From assembly GCA_965199825.1 (NCBI GenBank), contig OZ241329.1, positions 2,688,001-2,752,000 of the forward strand: DNA of 64,000 nt. The letters run 5' to 3'. The position numbers and the translations under genes were made by a program. Every line of letters begins with the position of its first letter. Within the stretch, counting starts at the first letter, position 1. Origin of the DNA: Bdellovibrionales bacterium (GTDB taxonomy: Bacteria > Bdellovibrionota > Bdellovibrionia > Bdellovibrionales > UBA1609). Shown piece by piece: positions 47,411 to 56,552 of this stretch. The notes below the pieces were generated by a model. It made no database searches. It was given only the letters and a program-made list of their open reading frames with translations, and was not told the DNA's origin.

Positions 47411-48799
47411 ATGCCTAGCTTGGAACGTCCAAAGATTTTAGTTATCGAAGACGACCCTGATGCTCAAGATCTCATCTCTGAGTTTTTTAAAAATAAAAAC
47501 TATCAGATCATTACCTACACCTGTGCGGACTCGGTGATCTTAGACTTTCAAAATAAAAAACTTCAGGTCGATATTATTATTTCTGATCTTAATCTTCCCA
47601 AAATGTCGGGAATGGAGCTCACCCAAAAGATGAGTGAGCTCGGATTGCAAATTCCGATTATTCTAATCACCGCTAATAAAAATGTCGAGATCGCTGCCGA
47701 GGCTATTCGTTCGGGTGCTTATGATTTTGTGGTGAAGCCCATTCGATTTCCACAGTTGTTGGTTTCGGTGGAACGTGCCCTTTATCTTCAGCACATCAAA
47801 ACTGAAAATGTCAGCCTAAAGGCGGTGGTTGAGGATCGACTTCAAAAGCCGACTGACAGAGTGGTCTTTAAAAGCCAAGGTTTTAAAAAAGTGTTTGAGA
47901 CGGCCCTTCGAGTTTCAAACAGTATGGCGAATATTTTGATCTCTGGCGAAAGCGGCACAGGTAAAGAAGTGATCGCCAAGACCATTCATCTTAGGAGTCG
48001 AAGAAAAGACAATCCATTTATCGCGATCAACTGCTCAGCCATTCCGGAAAGCCTGATGGAAGCAGAGCTGTTTGGTCATGCCAAAGGCGCTTTTACCGGC
48101 GCGATTGATCATCGGGTGGGTCTTTTTGAGGAAGCCAACGGCGGCACCTTATTTTTAGACGAAATCGGTGATCTTGATGCTCACCTTCAGGCCAAACTCT
48201 TGCGTGTGATTCAAGAGAGAAAAATAAAACGGGTGGGCGAAAATCATTTTCGAGATGTGGATGTGAGAATCATTGCGGCCACATTTAAAGATCTTGGTTC
48301 TGAAGTGCGCATCGGAAATTTTAGGAGAGACTTATTTTATCGCCTCAATGTGATTCCTTTACATATTCCTCCACTTAGAGAACGCAAAGAAGACATTTTG
48401 CCGCTTGCAGAATTTTTCTTAAAAAAGTTTGTGGCCGCAAATCAATTAGAGCAAAAGCACTTTAGCCCCTCAGCTGTCGAAAAACTTAAAAGGCAACCCT
48501 GGCACGGCAATGTTCGTGAACTTGAAAATGCAATCGAGCGTGCAGTGGTCCTCTCTGAACACCAAACCATTCATGCCGAAGATCTTTCTGATGCCGAGAT
48601 TTTTCATGAACACGCGCCGCCCACTTTTGAGTTTTTGAGCACGGGTAAGGTATTAACTATCAATGACGTGGTTTCGAATTATGTAAAGCAGGTTTTAGCC
48701 AAGAATGGTGGGGCAAAAGAAAAAACGTCTCGCGAACTTGGTATTGACCGCAAAACTCTTTACCGAAAGATCCAAGACCTTGAGCGTGGATTGAATTAA
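47411..48799 (+). CDS. Sigma54-dependent NtrC/AtoC-family response regulator (REC-AAA+-Fis HTH)
   Basis: ISDLNLPKMSG, GESGTGKE, GAFTGA, FLDEIGD, WHGNVREL and LGIDRKTLYRK motifs. Confidence 0.95.
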   Translation: MPSLERPKILVIEDDPDAQDLISEFFKNKNYQIITYTCADSVILDFQNKKLQVDIIISDLNLPKMSGMELTQKMSELGLQIPIILITANKNVEIAAEAIRSGAYDFVVKPIRFPQLLVSVERALYLQHIKTENVSLKAVVEDRLQKPTDRVVFKSQGFKKVFETALRVSNSMANILISGESGTGKEVIAKTIHLRSRRKDNPFIAINCSAIPESLMEAELFGHAKGAFTGAIDHRVGLFEEANGGTLFLDEIGDLDAHLQAKLLRVIQERKIKRVGENHFRDVDVRIIAATFKDLGSEVRIGNFRRDLFYRLNVIPLHIPPLRERKEDILPLAEFFLKKFVAANQLEQKHFSPSAVEKLKRQPWHGNVRELENAIERAVVLSEHQTIHAEDLSDAEIFHEHAPPTFEFLSTGKVLTINDVVSNYVKQVLAKNGGAKEKTSRELGIDRKTLYRKIQDLERGLN

Positions 48800-48813
48800 A
48801 CAAAGGATTAAAA

Positions 48814-49272
48814 ATGGCCGCACAACTTGATTACACACAGAAGTTAAAAGGTTTTTTTTCTAAGCTATTTTTTGTTTATATGAAAACCTGCGCGATCCAT
48901 GTCAACATCATCGGACCAAGATTTAAAGAAGTAAGAGAGTTGTCGGGCAAACAGTTTGAAGATCTGTTTGAGGCAATTGATGTGATTGCGGGCCGGATCC
49001 ATGCCTTGGGTGAATCAACACCGCTCTTAAGTTTGCAAGGGGTGCTCGATACTTCTGAGATCAAAGAAACCAGTATTTTAAGTGGAAAGATGGATCTGGA
49101 ATCGGCAATCCATGAATTGATTGATACGCATCATCTTATTAGTGGTGAGGCGATGAAACTTGCCGGCTTTTGCGAAGATATGCGCGATGACCTGACTGCC
49201 GATTTGATTCGAGTTCGTGCGAGTGAACATGAAAAAGCTGCATCAGCTTTAAACTGTGTCCTGCAACAATAA
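48814..49272 (+). CDS. Dps-like ferritin-family protein (divergent)
   Basis: YMKT..IHVNIIGPRF...DLFEAIDVIAGRIHALG and D.LTADL....EHEK pattern. Confidence 0.7.
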   Translation: MAAQLDYTQKLKGFFSKLFFVYMKTCAIHVNIIGPRFKEVRELSGKQFEDLFEAIDVIAGRIHALGESTPLLSLQGVLDTSEIKETSILSGKMDLESAIHELIDTHHLISGEAMKLAGFCEDMRDDLTADLIRVRASEHEKAASALNCVLQQ

Positions 49273-49289
49273 ACCAGAAGGAGACTTCT

Positions 49290-49436
49290 ATGCGAGAAAC
49301 AGAACCCCAACGGGCTGAACCGATTCGACCTCAACATGAGCGCTCGGAAGACTTTGAGGCGACCGAGGAACTCGAACGTCGTGAATTGAAAGAAGAACCG
49401 CCTGAGCGACCACTGGATGATGAATTTCTGGATTAA
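49290..49436 (+). CDS. 48-aa highly charged small protein (not in ORF track)
   Basis: MRETEPQRAEPIRPQHERSEDFEATEELERRELKEEPPERPLDDEFLD; AAGGAG at 49278-49283; terminator follows. Confidence 0.55.
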   Translation: MRETEPQRAEPIRPQHERSEDFEATEELERRELKEEPPERPLDDEFLD

Positions 49437-49448
49437 TATGCGAACATG

Positions 49449-49482
49449 AAAAGAGGCTTAAAATTTTTAAGCCTCTTTTTTT
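49449..49482. terminator. Bidirectional intrinsic terminator
   Basis: AAAAGAGGCTTAAA-ATT-TTTAAGCCTCTTTT between convergent genes. Confidence 0.85.
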
Positions 49483-49498
49483 AACACGAGAGCCTGAA

Positions 49499-50047
49499 TT
49501 ATTTTGGTTCTGGATGGGGGTTTGAAAGTCCCAATGCCGAAGAAAATCTTGGGGGCATTAAATTGACCATCAGATCAAGAGTGGTTTTCAAAAAGCCTTC
49601 ATCCATTGCTTTTGCTTTAAGCTTTTGAAAAGGCTCAACCATTGCTTCGGCTTCTTCTTGAGTGAAAAGTTTTTTTGCAGCCGAAAACATCTCGGTCTCT
49701 TCTTCAGTGATATGGTGCTCGAGTGCAGTTTTTAGTTTATTTGCGGTGCTTTTAAAATTGGCATTGATCATTGTTTCCAGTTGCAGGGTTCGAAGCAGTG
49801 CCTCCGCGTACGCATGCTCCTGAAATCCATGAATCCCCAAATCTTTGGCGTCGTCGAGTAAGCGGAGTGAGTTGTAGAGAACTTCTTCTTCAGCGCGAGA
49901 ATGGGGAATTAAATTGTCGCGGATCTCTTGCAAAAGATATTTTACCGTTTCGTGATCGGCTTTGCCTTCTTCTAACGAAACCAATTCGTTGAGCATTCTT
50001 TTGAGATCATTATGATCTTGGGTCAGCGTTTGATAAATTGTCGACAT
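49499..50047 (-). CDS. Hemerythrin (HHE) domain protein
   Basis: LTQDH, HSRAEEEVLY, QEH and LEHHITEEETEMF motifs; ATG at 50047. Confidence 0.88.
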   Translation of the reverse strand: MSTIYQTLTQDHNDLKRMLNELVSLEEGKADHETVKYLLQEIRDNLIPHSRAEEEVLYNSLRLLDDAKDLGIHGFQEHAYAEALLRTLQLETMINANFKSTANKLKTALEHHITEEETEMFSAAKKLFTQEEAEAMVEPFQKLKAKAMDEGFLKTTLDLMVNLMPPRFSSALGLSNPHPEPK

Positions 50048-50082
50048 AAAATGCCTTTCGTTTGTTGTTCGAAATATGATTT

Positions 50083-50097
50083 GCAAAGTGCCTTCCA
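50083..50097 (-). promoter_or_regulatory. Sigma54 promoter motif
   Basis: Minus strand TGGAAG-GCACT-TTGC, about 36 bp before the hemerythrin start. Confidence 0.6.
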
Positions 50098-50211
50098 ACT
50101 TTAAGCCTTTGGGCCTCGACTAAAAATCAAAATTTCTAATGATTATTGCCCCCTCGGGACACAAAGAACCCCATTTCTGTGCTAGCCCTAGAGTAAAAAA
50201 AAAGTTAGATC

Positions 50212-50952
50212 GTGTTTATGAAATATTTTATTTTCCTTTTGTTGTCGTTGAACTTTGCTCATGCCCAACAGGGTGAACCCCAACCGCTTTCGATTTTTCA
50301 TTATAAACCGATGTATTTTTTGGCGGGCAACCCCTACACCAAAATTCAGATCAGTGTGCGAGCTCGAATTATCGATGGTGTTCCACTTTATGTGGGTTAC
50401 TCGCAGTTGATGCTCTGGAAGGTCTTTATTGATTCGCCCTATTTTCAAGACTTAAATTATAATCCTGATCTGTTTTATCGCTATGGCTTACGCCAATCTG
50501 AGGATTGGTTAGACTTTGGAATATTTGAACACGAGTCCAATGGGCGTGGGGGCGAAAAAGAGTTGGCCTGGGACCGAGTTTATTTGCGTTATCACACGAG
50601 CAATCACCTTAATCCTTTGCATGATCTCACCACCGAATTTAAAGTTTGGGCGCCGATTCGTTACAATCCCAACAATGATGATCTTACCCGGTATCGAGGT
50701 CTTTACGAGGTGATTTTGACTTACACCAATGCGCTTGGGCTTGAGGGCAGCGATCTGACCTTTCGCCTTTATGGCGGTGGTCCCTCCACACTCGATCCGT
50801 TTCAAGGTGGGCAAGAGTTGACTTTTCGAGCTCAGTTTCGCTCGACCAGTTGGCTTCCTTTGTTGGTTCTTCAGGCGTTTCATGGCTATGCTGAGACCAT
50901 GGATCAATATGCAGTAGAACATTATCAAGTGCGCGCGGGAATCGGGTTCTAG
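50212..50952 (+). CDS. pldA: Outer-membrane phospholipase A (OMPLA-like)
   Basis: S.YFQDLNYNP and HESNG catalytic motif, FHGYAE, terminal GIGF. Confidence 0.8.
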   Translation: MFMKYFIFLLLSLNFAHAQQGEPQPLSIFHYKPMYFLAGNPYTKIQISVRARIIDGVPLYVGYSQLMLWKVFIDSPYFQDLNYNPDLFYRYGLRQSEDWLDFGIFEHESNGRGGEKELAWDRVYLRYHTSNHLNPLHDLTTEFKVWAPIRYNPNNDDLTRYRGLYEVILTYTNALGLEGSDLTFRLYGGGPSTLDPFQGGQELTFRAQFRSTSWLPLLVLQAFHGYAETMDQYAVEHYQVRAGIGF

Positions 50953-52199
50953 TGGATGCCGATGTTATTATCATCGGTGCTGGGGCCGCAGGATTAAGTG
51001 CTGCCCAAAAAATATTAAAGAAAAATAAGTCATTGTTGATTCTTGAGGCTCGTGACCGAGCCGGCGGCCGAATGATGACTCAACTCGATAGCCTCACCGG
51101 CGATCCGATTGAGCTTGGGGCTGAATTTATTCACGGCTCTCCTGATGAAATCCTTGGTAAAGTTAAAACATCAGATATCGAAATTCAAAAATCCAATCCT
51201 GTGCATTTTGTATTTCGCGATCGACTTCAAAAAGATGCGCGCTTTCAAGGGGTGATGGAGCGGGGATTAAACCAAATCTGTAAAGATCCACAGCCGGACC
51301 AAACCGTTGACGAAGCATTAAAAAATCTTGAAATTGAACAAAGAGATCGGGTTCTAAATTTTGTGGCCAATTTTCATGCTGCAGATTTAAAAAAAATGGG
51401 CACTCGCGAGCTTGCCCAAACCGAAGAAGAATCGGGTGAAGAGACTCACACTGTGCAACGCTTAAAGGGTGGGTATGCACAATTGGTTTATAAATTGGCT
51501 TCGCCACAAGTCTGTGCCGCATTGAGATTCAATCGGGTGGTCGAAAAGATCATCTGGCAAAAAAATAAGGTTCTTATTCACACTTCGATGGGGAAAACTA
51601 AAAAGGTTTATCAATGCAAAAAAGTTTTGATCACTTTGCCCATTGGAGTTTTAAAAGCGAATCCGAAATTGATTTCACCTGCGGTAAAGACGCTCAATAC
51701 CGGATTAAAGTCGATTCATATGGGTACAGCGCTGAGGATGGTGATCCAGTTTGAATCGCCATTTTGGAAAAAGGCCCTAAAAACCGAAAACGGTTTTATT
51801 CATGATCTTGCCTCGTCGGCATTTCCGGTGTGGTGGGTCCGCAATTCAAGCGCAACTGCCTGGGTGGGTGGGGTTCGTGCCGAGCAATTGGCAATACTAA
51901 AGGGTGAAGAGCTTTTTGATCTGGCTCTAAAGGATTTTGCCAGACTCTTTGGTCGGGATTTAAATTTAAAAGATGACGTGCTGAACTATCACTTTCACAA
52001 TTGGTTGTCTGATCCTTTTTCAAAAGGTTCCTATAGTTACTTAGGCACAGGCGGGCTTGAGGCCCAAACTGTGATTGGTATGCCTGTTGAAAACACCCTC
52101 TTTTTTGCGGGTGAAGGGATCACACAAAAACCGTCTCGAGGCACAGTTCAGGCCGCGATTGAGACCGGTGAAAAAGCGGCTCAACAAATTCTTGGATAG
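50952..52199 (+). CDS. Flavin monoamine oxidase family protein
   Basis: GAGAAG, LEARDRAGGR, ELGAEFIHG, W..DPFSKGSYS and LFFAGE motifs. Confidence 0.9.
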   Translation: MDADVIIIGAGAAGLSAAQKILKKNKSLLILEARDRAGGRMMTQLDSLTGDPIELGAEFIHGSPDEILGKVKTSDIEIQKSNPVHFVFRDRLQKDARFQGVMERGLNQICKDPQPDQTVDEALKNLEIEQRDRVLNFVANFHAADLKKMGTRELAQTEEESGEETHTVQRLKGGYAQLVYKLASPQVCAALRFNRVVEKIIWQKNKVLIHTSMGKTKKVYQCKKVLITLPIGVLKANPKLISPAVKTLNTGLKSIHMGTALRMVIQFESPFWKKALKTENGFIHDLASSAFPVWWVRNSSATAWVGGVRAEQLAILKGEELFDLALKDFARLFGRDLNLKDDVLNYHFHNWLSDPFSKGSYSYLGTGGLEAQTVIGMPVENTLFFAGEGITQKPSRGTVQAAIETGEKAAQQILG

Positions 52200-52204
52200 T
52201 CGAA

Positions 52205-54463
52205 ATGGCATCGTTAAAAGAGTACGACAAAAAAAGAAACTTTAAAAAAACCACCGAGCCCAAATCTGCCAAAAAAAAATCAACTTCAAAATTGATTTTT
52301 GTGATTCATGAGCATCACGCCTCACACCTTCACTACGATTTTAGGCTGGAGTGGGAGGGTGTGCTCAAAAGTTGGGCCGTTCCAAAAGGTGTTCCCCTCA
52401 TTGCTAAAGAAAAACGACTCGCGGTTGAGGTCGAAGACCACCCTTATGACTATGCCAAATTCAGCGGGACAATTCCCAAGGGCGAGTATGGTGCAGGCGA
52501 AGTTTTTATTTGGGATGAAGGCAATTGGGAGCCGCTTGGAGATGTGAACAAAGGTTTAAAAAAGGGTCACCTTCAATTTTTATTAAAAGGTCATAAGCTC
52601 AATGGAGCCTGGGATCTCGTTCGCACCAAAAAAATGTCGGGTAAAAAAAATCAGTGGCTGCTGATTAAGAGGACCGATTCTATTAAAGCCCCTACCCTCA
52701 CCAAAATTAATTTTGTTGAACCTCAGCTCGCCCTCTTGGTGGATAAGCCCCCAAAGGGTAAAGATTGGATTCACGAGATCAAGCTTGATGGCTACCGGGT
52801 GCAGGCTCATATTGCGAACGATGGTATCTCTTTATTTACCCGAAAAGGATTTGAGTGGTCTGAAAAATTCAAAGGTCTATTGCCCACTTTAAGAAAACTT
52901 GAAAAATACAATGTGGTGCTCGATGGCGAGATTGTTTGCCTTGATCCAAGTGGACACAGTCACTTTCAACTCCTACAAAAAGCGATCAAAGAAAAAAACT
53001 TCGATCAAATGGTGTTTTATGCCTTTGATGTTTTATTTTTCGAAGGAAAAGATCTTCGCCTTGAGCCACTAAACAAAAGAAAACTGATACTCAAAAAAGT
53101 TTTCAAAAACTTTAAGGCTCCTCATGTTAAAATGGTTGAGACTTTTGATGTTGAAGGTGCAGCGTTATTAAAAAATGCGTGTCAACTTGGCCTAGAAGGA
53201 ATTATCTCGAAAAATCTTGTGAGCATTTATCGATCAGGTCGGTATCCTGAGTGGACCAAGTCGAAATGTGGACAACGCCAAGAGTTTGTCATCGGTGGGT
53301 ACACCGAACCGCAAGGCAATCGAGACAAATTTGGGGCGCTCTTGTTAGGTGTTTTTGAAAAAGGAAAACTTCGTTATTGCGGCCGTGTGGGAACAGGATT
53401 TGATCGCTCGCTACTCAATGATATTTTTGAAAAGTTAGAAAAATTAAAAGTTAAAAAGTCGCTGTTTCAGATCAATCCGCCAAAAGAAAAAAAACTCAAT
53501 TTTGTTAAACCGGAGTTAGTCGCAGAAATTGCCTTTGCCAATTGGACCGAAGACAAACACTTAAGAGCCGCAGTTTTTGAGGGCCTGCGCGAAGATAAAC
53601 CTGCAGTCCAAATCTCGAAGGAAACCAAAAAGTCTTCGTCTAAACTCAAGATTTCAAATCCCGACAAAATATTTTTTCAAAAAGAAAAAATCTCAAAGGG
53701 CGATGTGAGTGAATACTATGATCAGGTTTCAGATTTTTTGCTTCCCCATCTTGAGCATCGCCCACTTTCGATTGTTCGTTGTCCCAATGGAACTTCAAAA
53801 GCCTGTTTTTTTCAAAAGCATGATCAAAAATCGGCAGAATGGATTACTGTTTCGACTCATCAAGAATTAAAACAAATGATTCAGCTGGGAACGATCGAAC
53901 TTCATCCTTGGGGATCAAAAGAGCCCCAACTTGATGTTCCAGATCAAATCATCATGGATCTAGATCCTGATGATTCTGTTTCGTTCAGCCAAGTTGTCAA
54001 AGCAGCTTTTACTCTTAAACAAATGCTCGATGACATCAAAATCAAATCCTACGTGAAAGTCACCGGGGGTAAGGGGGTGCATGTGCAATTTGCTTTTGCA
54101 GCCCTCTACACTTGGCCACAAATAAAAACTTTTGCGGCAACTTTAGCGCACGAGATGGTGACCCAAAATCCAAAATTGTTTGTGGATAAAATGTCGAAGA
54201 GTTTGCGTAAGGGGAAAATTTTTATTGATCACTTTCGTAATGGTAAAGGGTCCACTGCGGTTGCTCCTTATTGTTTACGCGCGCGCGACATCAGTGCCGT
54301 TGCAATGCCGGTCACTTGGGAAGAACTTAAAAAATTGGGTTCAGCAAATGTATTTACTTTAGAAAAGGCACAACTTTGGCTGAAAAAACGGAAAAAGGAT
54401 CCATGGTCTGATTACTTTTTGGACCCACAACAAATTGCACTTCTCGATCAAATGAAGAAATGA
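52205..54463 (+). CDS. ligD: DNA ligase D (phosphoesterase + ATP-dependent ligase + polymerase domains)
   Basis: HHASHLHYDFRLE (PE), EIKLDGYR (ligase KxDG), MDLDP and TGGKGVH (POL). Confidence 0.93.
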   Translation: MASLKEYDKKRNFKKTTEPKSAKKKSTSKLIFVIHEHHASHLHYDFRLEWEGVLKSWAVPKGVPLIAKEKRLAVEVEDHPYDYAKFSGTIPKGEYGAGEVFIWDEGNWEPLGDVNKGLKKGHLQFLLKGHKLNGAWDLVRTKKMSGKKNQWLLIKRTDSIKAPTLTKINFVEPQLALLVDKPPKGKDWIHEIKLDGYRVQAHIANDGISLFTRKGFEWSEKFKGLLPTLRKLEKYNVVLDGEIVCLDPSGHSHFQLLQKAIKEKNFDQMVFYAFDVLFFEGKDLRLEPLNKRKLILKKVFKNFKAPHVKMVETFDVEGAALLKNACQLGLEGIISKNLVSIYRSGRYPEWTKSKCGQRQEFVIGGYTEPQGNRDKFGALLLGVFEKGKLRYCGRVGTGFDRSLLNDIFEKLEKLKVKKSLFQINPPKEKKLNFVKPELVAEIAFANWTEDKHLRAAVFEGLREDKPAVQISKETKKSSSKLKISNPDKIFFQKEKISKGDVSEYYDQVSDFLLPHLEHRPLSIVRCPNGTSKACFFQKHDQKSAEWITVSTHQELKQMIQLGTIELHPWGSKEPQLDVPDQIIMDLDPDDSVSFSQVVKAAFTLKQMLDDIKIKSYVKVTGGKGVHVQFAFAALYTWPQIKTFAATLAHEMVTQNPKLFVDKMSKSLRKGKIFIDHFRNGKGSTAVAPYCLRARDISAVAMPVTWEELKKLGSANVFTLEKAQLWLKKRKKDPWSDYFLDPQQIALLDQMKK

Positions 54464-54501
54464 GATTGCGGTAGCCCAGTGTTTGTGCCAAAAAATTTCA
54501 G

Positions 54502-55455
54502 ATGATCAAACTCATTGGAATTTTTTGGATCCTTACATTTTCGCTTCCCTCTTTAGCAACACAACATAGGCGGTGTATGGAGATCTTAGAATCAGGCGCG
54601 TCCTCACAAATTAAGATCACACCAGAGCTGATTGACAGGACAGCAGACCTCACTGGTGATCGTAATCTTGTGCATATGAAGCCAACAAAATTATTTAAAC
54701 AAAAAAGAATTGCCCATGGAATTACGCTTACAGGTTTTATAATGGATCTAATTACCAAAGTTAAACCTGATCAGCTGGTTCAACGACTTGATCTCAACAT
54801 GCACAATCCCGCATTTTTGGGCGATGAAGTCCGAACCCAAATTGAGGTCGATCAAGACGTGGTGCGATTTCAACAATTCAATCAGGCTAATATTTTATTG
54901 ATTGATGGCAGCGGACAAGTCGCTGCGATGAGCGAATTTTTGAAACAACCAAAGATCAAGAATTTGGATCTCACTCCAATCCCCTATGACATGGATTCGC
55001 TGGAATTTCCTGAGGTGGGCCTTCAGGCATCGATGTCGACCGAAATCACCAGAGATCTAATCAAAGGAATGGCCGAACTCACCGATGATCAACATCCATT
55101 CGAAGTGGAAAAGGGACTTGGAAATCTTAAGGCGCATGATCAAATCTTGACCGGATTTGCTTCTAATATGGTTGCTAATTATTTGCCAGGGTCGGGTGCA
55201 ATCATGAAGACGGTGGGCTTTACGGTGTATCGCCCCGCTTTTGCAGGTGAAACCATCACGGTGGTTGCAAAAGTGATCGACAGTAACATCAAGAAAAAAC
55301 TTTTGACCATTGAAGTTGAAATGACCAACAACAAGAATGAGCTCTTACTGACCGGGCAAGCCACGGTATTATTTTTGATAATGCAAGGCTCAGCTCGAAA
55401 AGCTTTATTAGATCACCTCGAAGAGCTAAGGATCAACTATGGAAACAGTAATTAG
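54502..55455 (+). CDS. Tandem MaoC-like (hotdog) protein with N-terminal signal peptide
   Basis: ADLTGDRNLVH...RIAHG and second copy AELTDDQHP..KAHDQ..LPGSG..RPAFAGE; signal peptide ending SLA. Confidence 0.7.
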   Translation: MIKLIGIFWILTFSLPSLATQHRRCMEILESGASSQIKITPELIDRTADLTGDRNLVHMKPTKLFKQKRIAHGITLTGFIMDLITKVKPDQLVQRLDLNMHNPAFLGDEVRTQIEVDQDVVRFQQFNQANILLIDGSGQVAAMSEFLKQPKIKNLDLTPIPYDMDSLEFPEVGLQASMSTEITRDLIKGMAELTDDQHPFEVEKGLGNLKAHDQILTGFASNMVANYLPGSGAIMKTVGFTVYRPAFAGETITVVAKVIDSNIKKKLLTIEVEMTNNKNELLLTGQATVLFLIMQGSARKALLDHLEELRINYGNSN

Positions 55456-55963
55456 TTTAGCCGAACTTTCTGATCTTCAAAACATTAGCGAGCTTGTAAA
55501 TTCGGCCTACCGTGGTGACTCTTCACGCAAAGGATGGACGACTGAAGCTGATCTACTTGGTGGTCAGCGCATTGATACTCAGATGCTTCAAGAGCAGCTT
55601 AAAAATAAAAATGAACACATCTTGGTCGCCCGATTCAAAGACCAAAAAGAAATTATAGGATGCGTGGCCATTGCCCTTGAAGCGCCCACAAAAATTTATA
55701 TTGGGATGGTCACGGTGGATCCCAACATTCAGGCGCAAGGGATTGGACGTCAGCTTTTGGCGGCGGCCGAAAATTTTGGCCAAAGCCAAAATTGTTCAAG
55801 CAGCTATATGACCGTCATTCATAAAAGAACTTCGCTGATCGAGTGGTATGAACGTCGAGGATATAAAAAAACCGGCGATGTGGTTCAGTTTCCAGAGGGC
55901 CCTCAGTTTGGTATTCCCCAAACAAAGGACCTGCATCTGATTGTTCTCTCTAAATCACTTTGA
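55439..55963 (+). CDS. GNAT family N-acetyltransferase
   Basis: VNSAYRG..S.KGWTTEADL, QAQGIGRQLL and WYERRGY motifs. Confidence 0.9.
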   Translation: METVISLAELSDLQNISELVNSAYRGDSSRKGWTTEADLLGGQRIDTQMLQEQLKNKNEHILVARFKDQKEIIGCVAIALEAPTKIYIGMVTVDPNIQAQGIGRQLLAAAENFGQSQNCSSSYMTVIHKRTSLIEWYERRGYKKTGDVVQFPEGPQFGIPQTKDLHLIVLSKSL

Positions 55964-56047
55964 TTTAAGGAAGAAAATTCCGCGGACGAAAGTCACAATC
56001 GATTGCCCTACAAGTTAAAAAGCCGCACTTTAAGCTAAAATAGACAG

Positions 56048-56509
56048 ATGACTCAGCTTTCTTTTTTTCTCATCTTATTTTGTTTGATCGGTTGTGTGGG
56101 ACAACCAAAAGATCTCGGGTCCACCCAACTGGCTTCGTTAAAATTTGCAAATACCGCTGAAACAAAAGTTTTAAAAAATCGCTACGTATTTAAAACTCGA
56201 GTCCGATTTACTGGTGAGTGGCGACCACTTTCAAGTCGTGCAGCTCGAATGATGACTCTTTATGCTAAAAAAGCTGGAGATAAACCAAATCGATTTAATT
56301 ATAAATCTGAGATTCGGGTTGCCCAAGGGAAAGGCCAATATTGGCTTCCGGTGCCAGAAGAGTTGGTGATCGAAATTGATCGATTTATTAAGCCTAATAA
56401 GGTGATGATTGCAGAATGCCTTTTGCTCGGAACCGAAGCCACACAGTGGACAGCACTGATGACCGGGCTTGAACTTAAAACTTCCTTTAGAGTTTCTAAA
56501 AAAGATTGA
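56048..56509 (+). CDS. Hypothetical lipoprotein
   Basis: Lipobox LIGC; 153 aa. Confidence 0.6.
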   Translation: MTQLSFFLILFCLIGCVGQPKDLGSTQLASLKFANTAETKVLKNRYVFKTRVRFTGEWRPLSSRAARMMTLYAKKAGDKPNRFNYKSEIRVAQGKGQYWLPVPEELVIEIDRFIKPNKVMIAECLLLGTEATQWTALMTGLELKTSFRVSKKD

Positions 56510-56552
56510 GCTCAACAAACGAATCGTGCAAACCTTAATTAGGGGGTAAGTC

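Noticed and set aside
52139..52153. Sigma54 promoter for ligD (AGGCAC-AGTTC-AGGC)
   Set aside because: GG-N10-GC spacing is present, but it lacks the TT of the -12 box and lies inside a coding sequence
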